DNA of 64,000 bases from Naegleria gruberi (lineage: Eukaryota). The notes beneath the pieces are model-generated. The model saw nothing but the letters and a program-made list of their open reading frames with translations, was not told the DNA's origin and did not search any database. Shown one piece after another: positions 11,800-21,717 of this stretch. Positions within the stretch are counted from its first letter, which is position 1; each line of letters begins with the position of its first letter. Made by a program: the position numbers and the translations under genes. The stretch is from the NCBI GenBank assembly GCA_000004985.1, contig GG738850.1, one strand, 5' to 3'.

Positions 11800-14307
11800 N
11801 NNNNNNNNNNNNNNNNNNNNNNNNNNNNNNNNNNNNNNNNNNNNNNNNNNNNNNNNNNNNNNNNNNNNNNNNNNNNNNNNNNNNNNNNNNNNNNNNNNNN
11901 NNNNNNNNNNNNNNNNNNNNNNNNNNNNNNNNNNNNNNNNNNNNNNNNNNNNNNNNNNNNNNNNNNNNNNNNNNNNNNNNNNNNNNNNNNNNNNNNNNNN
12001 NNNNNNNNNNNNNNNNNNNNNNNNNNNNNNNNNNNNNNNNNNNNNNNNNNNNNNNNNNNNNNNNNNNNNNNNNNNNNNNNNNNNNNNNNNNNNNNNNNNN
12101 NNNNNNNNNNNNNNNNNNNNNNNNNNNNNNNNNNNNNNNNNNNNNNNNNNNNNNNNNNNNNNNNNNNNNNNNNNNNNNNNNNNNNNNNNNNNNNNNNNNN
12201 NNNNNNNNNNNNNNNNNNNNNNNNNNNNNNNNNNNNNNNNNNNNNNNNNNNNNNNNNNNNNNNNNNNNNNNNNNNNNNNNNNNNNNNNNNNNNNNNNNNN
12301 NNNNNNNNNNNNNNNNNNNNNNNNNNNNNNNNNNNNNNNNNNNNNNNNNNNNNNNNNNNNNNNNNNNNNNNNNNNNNNNNNNNNNNNNNNNNNNNNNNNN
12401 NNNNNNNNNNNNNNNNNNNNNNNNNNNNNNNNNNNNNNNNNNNNNNNNNNNNNNNNNNNNNNNNNNNNNNNNNNNNNNNNNNNNNNNNNNNNNNNNNNNN
12501 NNNNNNNNNNNNNNNNNNNNNNNNNNNNNNNNNNNNNNNNNNNNNNNNNNNNNNNNNNNNNNNNNNNNNNNNNNNNNNNNNNNNNNNNNNNNNNNNNNNN
12601 NNNNNNNNNNNNNNNNNNNNNNNNNNNNNNNNNNNNNNNNNNNNNNNNNNNNNNNNNNNNNNNNNNNNNNNNNNNNNNNNNNNNNNNNNNNNNNNNNNNN
12701 NNNNNNNNNNNNNNNNNNNNNNNNNNNNNNNNNNNNNNNNNNNNNNNNNNNNNNNNNNNNNNNNNNNNNNNNNNNNNNNNNNNNNNNNNNNNNNNNNNNN
12801 NNNNNNNNNNNNNNNNNNNNNNNNNNNNNNNNNNNNNNNNNNNNNNNNNNNNNNNNNNNNNNNNNNNNNNNNNNNNNNNNNNNNNNNNNNNNNNNNNNNN
12901 NNNNNNNNNNNNNNNNNNNNNNNNNNNNNNNNNNNNNNNNNNNNNNNNNNNNNNNNNNNNNNNNNNNNNNNNNNNNNNNNNNNNNNNNNNNNNNNNNNNN
13001 NNNNNNNNNNNNNNNNNNNNNNNNNNNNNNNNNNNNNNNNNNNNNNNNNNNNNNNNNNNNNNNNNNNNNNNNNNNNNNNNNNNNNNNNNNNNNNNNNNNN
13101 NNNNNNNNNNNNNNNNNNNNNNNNNNNNNNNNNNNNNNNNNNNNNNNNNNNNNNNNNNNNNNNNNNNNNNNNNNNNNNNNNNNNNNNNNNNNNNNNNNNN
13201 NNNNNNNNNNNNNNNNNNNNNNNNNNNNNNNNNNNNNNNNNNNNNNNNNNNNNNNNNNNNNNNNNNNNNNNNNNNNNNNNNNNNNNNNNNNNNNNNNNNN
13301 NNNNNNNNNNNNNNNNNNNNNNNNNNNNNNNNNNNNNNNNNNNNNNNNNNNNNNNNNNNNNNNNNNNNNNNNNNNNNNNNNNNNNNNNNNNNNNNNNNNN
13401 NNNNNNNNNNNNNNNNNNNNNNNNNNNNNNNNNNNNNNNNNNNNNNNNNNNNNNNNNNNNNNNNNNNNNNNNNNNNNNNNNNNNNNNNNNNNNNNNNNNN
13501 NNNNNNNNNNNNNNNNNNNNNNNNNNNNNNNNNNNNNNNNNNNNNNNNNNNNNNNNNNNNNNNNNNNNNNNNNNNNNNNNNNNNNNNNNNNNNNNNNNNN
13601 NNNNNNNNNNNNNNNNNNNNNNNNNNNNNNNNNNNNNNNNNNNNNNNNNNNNNNNNNNNNNNNNNNNNNNNNNNNNNNNNNNNNNNNNNNNNNNNNNNNN
13701 NNNNNNNNNNNNNNNNNNNNNNNNNNNNNNNNNNNNNNNNNNNNNNNNNNNNNNNNNNNNNNNNNNNNNNNNNNNNNNNNNNNNNNNNNNNNNNNNNNNN
13801 NNNNNNNNNNNNNNNNNNNNNNNNNNNNNNNNNNNNNNNNNNNNNNNNNNNNNNNNNNNNNNNNNNNNNNNNNNNNNNNNNNNNNNNNNNNNNNNNNNNN
13901 NNNNNNNNNNNNNNNNNNNNNNNNNNNNNNNNNNNNNNNNNNNNNNNNNNNNNNNNNNNNNNNNNNNNNNNNNNNNNNNNNNNNNNNNNNNNNNNNNNNN
14001 NNNNNNNNNNNNNNNNNNNNNNNNNNNNNNNNNNNNNNNNNNNNNNNNNNNNNNNNNNNNNNNNNNNNNNNNNNNNNNNNNNNNNNNNNNNNNNNNNNNN
14101 NNNNNNNNNNNNNNNNNNNNNNNNNNNNNNNNNNNNNNNNNNNNNNNNNNNNNNNNNNNNNNNNNNNNNNNNNNNNNNNNNNNNNNNNNNNNNNNNNNNN
14201 NNNNNNNNNNNNNNNNNNNNNNNNNNNNNNNNNNNNNNNNNNNNNNNNNNNNNNNNNNNNNNNNNNNNNNNNNNNNNNNNNNNNNNNNNNNNNNNNNNNN
14301 NNNNNNN

Positions 14308-14832
14308 AACCCAAACCCAAACCCAAACCCAACCCAAACCCAAACCCAAACCCAAACCCAAACCCAAACCCAAACCCAAACCCAAACCCAAACCCAAACC
14401 CAAACCCAAACCCAAACCCAAACCCAAACCCAAACCCAAACCCAAACCCAAACCCAAACCCAAACCCAAACCCAAACCCAAACCCAAACCCAAACCCAAA
14501 CCCAAACCCAAACCCAAACCCAAACCCAAACCCAAACCCAAACCCAAACCCAAACCCAAACCCAAACCCAAACCCAAACCCAAACCCAAACCCAAACCCA
14601 AACCCAAACCCAAACCCAAACCCAAACCCAAACCCAAACCCAAACCCAAACCCAAACCCAAACCCAAACCCAAACCCAAACCCAAACCCAAACCCAAACC
14701 CAAACCCAAACCCAAACCCAAACCCAAACCCAAACCCAAACCCAAACCCAAACCCAAACCCAAACCCAAACCCAAACCCAAACCCAAACCCAAACCCAAA
14801 CCCAACCCAAACCCAAACCCAAACCCAAACCT
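14308..14832. repeat. Second telomere-like array (AACCCA)n, about 87 copies, in the same orientation as the first. It contains occasional AACCC 5-mer variants and ends with the identical junction CCCAAACCTGA.
   Basis: Read directly from the sequence. Both arrays end ...AAACCCAAACCTGA. Confidence 0.9.
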
Positions 14833-14946
14833 GAAAGGATGAAATCTTGAAAAAGGACCACCTATTGAAACTTTACCAACATTATGTAGATGATCTATAA
14901 TGATGTAGAATTCAATTTCATATCATAAGAACAAGAAATGGAACTG
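14833..14946 (+). repeat. Copy 2 of element R, immediately abutting the second array.
   Basis: See copy 1. Confidence 0.8.
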
Positions 14947-15530
14947 TAGGAAGATAATGGTTGACTTTATAAGGTTGACTTTAAGGATTGACAGGTCAGA
15001 TCAAGTCTATCAAATACATCACTTCAATCAACAAAATATACATGAAAATGCTCCATTTGATGAGTAGAGATAGAATATTTGATTTATTTTAACTTTCATA
15101 TTCATGATTTCATCCCTTTCATACCATCTAGTCAACTATGGACATGGATGAATTTCTGGAAAATGACTACTCTACGAAACATCACCATCATGTTCTACAT
15201 CTCTAATAATATATATGGTTCAGTTTACAGACATTATGGTGAATATTCTATCATTCAGTAAGGTAAAGGGTGAAATTTCAAGGTTGTCTTGGAAGATCAG
15301 GAGGAAATGTTGAATATAGAGAACAACATCCTCAATCTACAAAATACATATCAATCGATTGGAAATCAATAGTAAATCTCGAAAATATAATTTATTTTAT
15401 GTTTTGAAATCTCTCCTTGACCTCTTTTAGTCAATTAAGACAATTAAGGATGACACTATAGGAAAAGTTACCAATCTCATAATAAATGATAATATCGTGT
15501 TCTACATCTCAAATAAAGTGGACTTTCTTC
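14947..15530. repeat. Degenerate satellite-like or subtelomere-like repeats. The internally repeated ~23-mer ATC[A/G]TGTTCTACATCTC[T/A]AATAA occurs at 15186 and 15495, and several blocks are shared with 11340-11680.
   Basis: Self-similarity was found by eye. There is no credible ORF. The 60-aa ORF at 15079-15261 and the EESPLYLRCRTRYYHLL tail at 15477-15530 lie inside these repeats. Confidence 0.55.
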
Positions 15531-17753
15531 ANNNNNNNNNNNNNNNNNNNNNNNNNNNNNNNNNNNNNNNNNNNNNNNNNNNNNNNNNNNNNNNNNNNNN
15601 NNNNNNNNNNNNNNNNNNNNNNNNNNNNNNNNNNNNNNNNNNNNNNNNNNNNNNNNNNNNNNNNNNNNNNNNNNNNNNNNNNNNNNNNNNNNNNNNNNNN
15701 NNNNNNNNNNNNNNNNNNNNNNNNNNNNNNNNNNNNNNNNNNNNNNNNNNNNNNNNNNNNNNNNNNNNNNNNNNNNNNNNNNNNNNNNNNNNNNNNNNNN
15801 NNNNNNNNNNNNNNNNNNNNNNNNNNNNNNNNNNNNNNNNNNNNNNNNNNNNNNNNNNNNNNNNNNNNNNNNNNNNNNNNNNNNNNNNNNNNNNNNNNNN
15901 NNNNNNNNNNNNNNNNNNNNNNNNNNNNNNNNNNNNNNNNNNNNNNNNNNNNNNNNNNNNNNNNNNNNNNNNNNNNNNNNNNNNNNNNNNNNNNNNNNNN
16001 NNNNNNNNNNNNNNNNNNNNNNNNNNNNNNNNNNNNNNNNNNNNNNNNNNNNNNNNNNNNNNNNNNNNNNNNNNNNNNNNNNNNNNNNNNNNNNNNNNNN
16101 NNNNNNNNNNNNNNNNNNNNNNNNNNNNNNNNNNNNNNNNNNNNNNNNNNNNNNNNNNNNNNNNNNNNNNNNNNNNNNNNNNNNNNNNNNNNNNNNNNNN
16201 NNNNNNNNNNNNNNNNNNNNNNNNNNNNNNNNNNNNNNNNNNNNNNNNNNNNNNNNNNNNNNNNNNNNNNNNNNNNNNNNNNNNNNNNNNNNNNNNNNNN
16301 NNNNNNNNNNNNNNNNNNNNNNNNNNNNNNNNNNNNNNNNNNNNNNNNNNNNNNNNNNNNNNNNNNNNNNNNNNNNNNNNNNNNNNNNNNNNNNNNNNNN
16401 NNNNNNNNNNNNNNNNNNNNNNNNNNNNNNNNNNNNNNNNNNNNNNNNNNNNNNNNNNNNNNNNNNNNNNNNNNNNNNNNNNNNNNNNNNNNNNNNNNNN
16501 NNNNNNNNNNNNNNNNNNNNNNNNNNNNNNNNNNNNNNNNNNNNNNNNNNNNNNNNNNNNNNNNNNNNNNNNNNNNNNNNNNNNNNNNNNNNNNNNNNNN
16601 NNNNNNNNNNNNNNNNNNNNNNNNNNNNNNNNNNNNNNNNNNNNNNNNNNNNNNNNNNNNNNNNNNNNNNNNNNNNNNNNNNNNNNNNNNNNNNNNNNNN
16701 NNNNNNNNNNNNNNNNNNNNNNNNNNNNNNNNNNNNNNNNNNNNNNNNNNNNNNNNNNNNNNNNNNNNNNNNNNNNNNNNNNNNNNNNNNNNNNNNNNNN
16801 NNNNNNNNNNNNNNNNNNNNNNNNNNNNNNNNNNNNNNNNNNNNNNNNNNNNNNNNNNNNNNNNNNNNNNNNNNNNNNNNNNNNNNNNNNNNNNNNNNNN
16901 NNNNNNNNNNNNNNNNNNNNNNNNNNNNNNNNNNNNNNNNNNNNNNNNNNNNNNNNNNNNNNNNNNNNNNNNNNNNNNNNNNNNNNNNNNNNNNNNNNNN
17001 NNNNNNNNNNNNNNNNNNNNNNNNNNNNNNNNNNNNNNNNNNNNNNNNNNNNNNNNNNNNNNNNNNNNNNNNNNNNNNNNNNNNNNNNNNNNNNNNNNNN
17101 NNNNNNNNNNNNNNNNNNNNNNNNNNNNNNNNNNNNNNNNNNNNNNNNNNNNNNNNNNNNNNNNNNNNNNNNNNNNNNNNNNNNNNNNNNNNNNNNNNNN
17201 NNNNNNNNNNNNNNNNNNNNNNNNNNNNNNNNNNNNNNNNNNNNNNNNNNNNNNNNNNNNNNNNNNNNNNNNNNNNNNNNNNNNNNNNNNNNNNNNNNNN
17301 NNNNNNNNNNNNNNNNNNNNNNNNNNNNNNNNNNNNNNNNNNNNNNNNNNNNNNNNNNNNNNNNNNNNNNNNNNNNNNNNNNNNNNNNNNNNNNNNNNNN
17401 NNNNNNNNNNNNNNNNNNNNNNNNNNNNNNNNNNNNNNNNNNNNNNNNNNNNNNNNNNNNNNNNNNNNNNNNNNNNNNNNNNNNNNNNNNNNNNNNNNNN
17501 NNNNNNNNNNNNNNNNNNNNNNNNNNNNNNNNNNNNNNNNNNNNNNNNNNNNNNNNNNNNNNNNNNNNNNNNNNNNNNNNNNNNNNNNNNNNNNNNNNNN
17601 NNNNNNNNNNNNNNNNNNNNNNNNNNNNNNNNNNNNNNNNNNNNNNNNNNNNNNNNNNNNNNNNNNNNNNNNNNNNNNNNNNNNNNNNNNNNNNNNNNNN
17701 NNNNNNNNNNNNNNNNNNNNNNNNNNNNNNNNNNNNNNNNNNNNNNNNNNNNN

Positions 17754-20543
17754 CCAAGCTTTCTTCAACAGATTTCCCTTTGGTATTTGTTGTGCTCTAT
17801 CAGTCATCCAAATTTGATAGTCCTGATGGTCTAAAGGTACTGTGGTGGTCTGGAGTGAGCATTGATGTTCTTCAAATATTCTATCATATTTCTCTCTTTC
17901 ACATAATTGTCTCAAAATGACTTCATTATTGTTCACCCGCACAGAATAATCCTTTTCATACTCCTTCTTCTTCTTGTTGCTCAACCTTTGTGGTTGACAA
18001 TACATAAAGGTATCTGGTATTACCGTTGAGAGAAATAATATTCTAAGTTTACGGAACAATACTTGAGCCAATAACTTATCTTCTTGTCCTATTTCTATTG
18101 TCGACCTAGGACCTTCAATGGGAGAGACAGCAAAGATATTCAACAATAAATTCTTATTATCTTCAATATCATCACCAAGCTCTTTCACAAATTTGAAGCC
18201 ACTAACTTTAAAGTGCTCTGTGTAGTCTCTGGTGTTGGAGAGAAGTGAATTATAGAAAGTATGTGTATGTCCACCACCCTTGCTGGAACCCTTTATAATG
18301 GTGTCTGCTTCATCAACATGACTACTTTCGAATGCTTGAGTTTCAAATACTTTAACATGACCAACTCTTTCTCGCAAGGAAACAATATGTTTCACCAATA
18401 TGTGAGCATACCATGATTTACCTGGAAACCCATGAACAGCTGCAACATAAACAGCCCAAAATTTGTTACCTGAGTCAAGAATTTGATTATTTGGTTTGTC
18501 ATAATCAATATTATGTAGGAAGTCGCGTAATGACTCCCATAAAACCTTTGTCTTCTCATTTTCGAAATGAGGAGACAATGTATTACTGTTGTCAAGAAGA
18601 ATATTACCTGTGTTGCCTAGAAGAAAGACTCTCACTTCATTCCATTCCTCATCTTCAACTTTGTTCAAATCTTCAAGACCTTTGATACCACAAACACACT
18701 CCCAAAATTCTTCCTTCTTCCTAACACCACATAAAGTTATTCTTAAAACATTTCACAAAGCCGTTCTTTTGCATGAAGGATACATATTATAATGTTGGAT
18801 GCAGGTAATCCAAGGATACAACCAAGATTTAAATTTGTTCTTGGCTTGTGGTTTTTACAACAGATTGGAAAAGAAATGTTGCAAAATGGACACCATGAAT
18901 CTTGTTTCACTCCAGGACAAACAACACCCAAGGCCTTTAAATCCATTGTCAAGAATACATCAATACTACAATGATACGAATCAATGGAAATACCATGTTT
19001 TCTGATTATTTCAATTTCATTCTTGAAATGATCAGCAATATGTGTCAATTCTGATTCGTCTCCCTTCCAGGCAGCCAAAGGAACACACACAACCCGAGAA
19101 TGACCCAACCCAAAACACTTACTGTTAATAACAGTAATGGTTAATGTTGTTAATTTAGAATTTGCAGCATAATCAAGATTTAGGGCAACTATTAAATCTT
19201 TAAAGTTCATGTCATCTTCCTTACACAATGATCGTTTCTTCTTCTTCATCCAACCAATCCACTTTTAATACATAACAACATACGGTAGGAAGAATGGAAT
19301 GGTATATGATGTTTCTATTTTCTCCAATTGATTTAAGTTTCACGTTAAATATATCTGCACACAATACATCTGTTGTCGATTGAGTTTGTTGTAAGGTTCC
19401 TGAGGGAAGTAAATCTTTCACTTTTCCTTCCAATCTGAATTCATCAACTGTGCCTTTAGAAACCAGTCTTCTATTTTTAACTAAGGTTTGTTTTAAGGCT
19501 ATTTCTGTTACCTTATTGGAGTGTGAAGGCTTTCGAACTTTCTTTTTTTTTACCTTTTTTGATTTTGGTTGAGCCAATTCTTTTTCTCTTTTTCTCTTTT
19601 GACTCGCTTCCCACTGTTTATCTTGTATTGAGCTAAGTTCATTATATTCTTTTTGAAACAATTTTTTCTCAGGTTTTTTTCTTGTCTCAGGTTGAATGGG
19701 TGCGGTTAATCCTTCTTCCTCCATACGTCTATTATCTAACAAACCCTTTCTTTTTAAAAGCCCCAAAAAGGAGTACAAATCTCGGAATCCCTCTGCCTTA
19801 CTAATTAAATCATGCCCAACAAGTTTTTGTTTCAAAATCTTCTTTCTTTTAAGGTTGGCACTTGAAGAAACATTTTCCTCATAATTGGTGAATTTGTAAG
19901 ATATTTTGTTTGTGACAATTGAATTATCAAGATTAACAAATCCAAAATGTTCTGAAATATCAATATAATATCTTTTTAATCCGTTTTCCTCAATTACTAT
20001 CCTATCTTTCTTTCCAATTCCATCATCATTGGGTATCTGAGTGGATTTGGAGTATTGTTCTGCAATTCTTTTTAGGAATTGTTGTTCTTTTGTTGGGTTT
20101 TTGGGTTCTTCTGTAGTTGTAGAAATCTCAACATCATTATTTTGGGAGGAATGATGACATGAATTTTGGGAGGAATGATGACATGAATATGTTTGTGGAT
20201 TAGGATAACTCATATTACCATTATTTTGAGAGGAGTAATGACATGAATTTTGAGAGGAGTGATAATATGAGTTAGGATAGATTGGTGAATTGTATGAATT
20301 TTGAAAGAAGGTTGGATGATATGAATTTTGAGAGGAGTGATGACATGAATATGTTTGTGAGTTGTAAAGTGGGACGGTGGAAAATGGTGGTATTATATAG
20401 TCCTGTGAAGCTTGAGGATAATTGTTGGTATGAATGAATGGAGAGTATTGTGAATGGTATTGTTGATGATTTTGGTGTTGGTAATGTGTATCTTCTATTG
20501 ATTCATCCAATGATAAACAATCATGCCAGTCACTTTCTGACAT
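17754..20543 (-). pseudogene. Large minus-strand gene of unknown function, read as three consecutive ORFs separated by two apparent single-nucleotide frameshifts at ~19221-19249 and ~18743-18760. Segments: 20543-19221, 19249-18743, and 18668-17754 running into N-gap. It is either a pseudogene or an assembly indel artefact, and the 3' end lies inside the gap. The N-terminus is Q/H/S/Y-rich and low-complexity with SCHHSSQNS repeats. This is followed by a Lys/Arg-rich block and a Cys/His cluster (H-x3-H ... C-x2-C), and then a region with an HGFPGKSWY motif and an HVDEAD motif.
   Basis: Both junctions keep two frames open across the overlap: ...DWLDEEEETIIV* versus MKKKKRSLCKEDD..., and ...HAKERLCEMF* versus ...NVLRITLCGVRKKEEFWECVCGIKGLEDLNKVEDEEW. 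A 1-nt indel at either junction would fuse them into one ORF of more than 900 aa. No family was recognised. GFPGKS is one residue short of a canonical Walker A motif. Confidence 0.4.
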
Positions 20544-20601
20544 TTCTTTTAAAAATTTGAAAACCGTTACATTTAAAAACTGTTATTTATTATTCAAATT
20601 T

Positions 20602-21285
20602 CTAGAAAAATGTAAATTCATCCTCATCTTCGTATTTAATCTTTGTGTCGTAGCTGAAATGCATTGTTATTTCATTTGATTCCGTATCCATAATAAAAGA
20701 AATACTGTTGACTTCCAATAAATATAGTGTTCTAATGTATGTATCATCTTCCATTTGTGTGGTTGAACTAATTACTTGACGTCCCCAGTTTTCAAAAATG
20801 TCTAACATTGGAAGAATAGATTGAAATCTATACCCAAAACATGGTACCTTGTATTTAATTCCATGTCTATTGATGGTTCTGTCTGAATGGAAAAATTTAG
20901 CACCTTCCATGGCTTCAAATATTACTTGGAAAACCTCAGTTTCTAAACAACCACAGCTAATGTAGTTTCTCTTATGAATGCCACCTAGTTTGAGTAATCT
21001 ATTAACCTTCACACGAGCACACTTGGAAAATAATTGGAAGGATCTAACTACAAATTGTTGTTCTTCATCACAAAGATCACCATAACCATGGGAGAGTGCT
21101 TGGATTTTAGGTAGGCCGTGTTCAATAATAATATCTTTAAAGTAAGTTTCTTCTTTACGTTGTTGTACAAGTTGGGCATTAACAGGTGTAGTGTTTGATG
21201 AAGAGTCAACGTCCATCATAGCCACATCGTCAATGGTACCTTCTTGAATGACAGTGGTGGAAGTATACTTGTATTGAGTGTTCAT
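20602..21285 (-). CDS. Hypothetical 227-aa protein, single exon, intact ORF.
   Basis: ATG at 21285 (MNTQYKYTSTTVIQEG...), TAA stop, moderate codon bias, no recognisable domain. Confidence 0.45.
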   Translation of the reverse strand: MNTQYKYTSTTVIQEGTIDDVAMMDVDSSSNTTPVNAQLVQQRKEETYFKDIIIEHGLPKIQALSHGYGDLCDEEQQFVVRSFQLFSKCARVKVNRLLKLGGIHKRNYISCGCLETEVFQVIFEAMEGAKFFHSDRTINRHGIKYKVPCFGYRFQSILPMLDIFENWGRQVISSTTQMEDDTYIRTLYLLEVNSISFIMDTESNEITMHFSYDTKIKYEDEDEFTFF

Positions 21286-21717
21286 TGTTTAGTTATTGTT
21301 TTTTGTTTTGTTTGTTGGTAGCCAGAGGGTAATGTTGCGAGACATTTTATAGGTTTTTTTTTTGTAAGAAAAATCATCATTTTCCACAGCCTCTCCTTTC
21401 GCAGGCCATTAAAAATGATGGTTGCTAAATTGTAGTGTGATGTAGGTGAGTTGTTATTGTATTTTTTTAAGATTCCTTAAATGAACCTTAATACAGTACT
21501 GACTCCAACTGACAAGAGTAAGTGCTTCCGCTCCTACAAAGAATATTCAATATTACCCACTTTATATTTAATAAATTATACAATATCTTGATAATTATAT
21601 GAACAATACATGATTTTTATTGTCGGAATCATCACTAAATCATGCTACCCATCCAGAAATATCAAAGGGTACATTTCAATATCACTCTATTGTATGAAAG
21701 TGTATAAAACTCACCCA

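Noticed and set aside
10690-14861. Long ORFs encoding GLGLGL..., PKPKPK..., TQTQTQ... and NPNPNP... polymers (10690-11208, 10769-11221, 10833-11186, 10838-11191, 11768-14332, 11775-14861, 11782-14805, 11788-14850, 11796-14834)
   Set aside because: They are six-frame translations of the (AAACCC)n hexamer arrays and of N-runs, not genes.
15477-15530. C-terminal fragment EESPLYLRCRTRYYHLL of the ORF 15477-18668
   Set aside because: Continuity across the 2.2-kb N-gap is meaningless, and this piece lies within the degenerate repeat region.
17754-18668. Calling the KFWAVYVAAVHGFPGKSWYAH...HVDEAD segment a P-loop NTPase, SF3 helicase, or an alpha/beta-hydrolase with the HGFP oxyanion motif
   Set aside because: GFPGKS is one residue short of Walker A. 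No GxSxG/GHDWGG nucleophile elbow follows the HGFP. There is no convincing match to any one family, so it is left as unknown.
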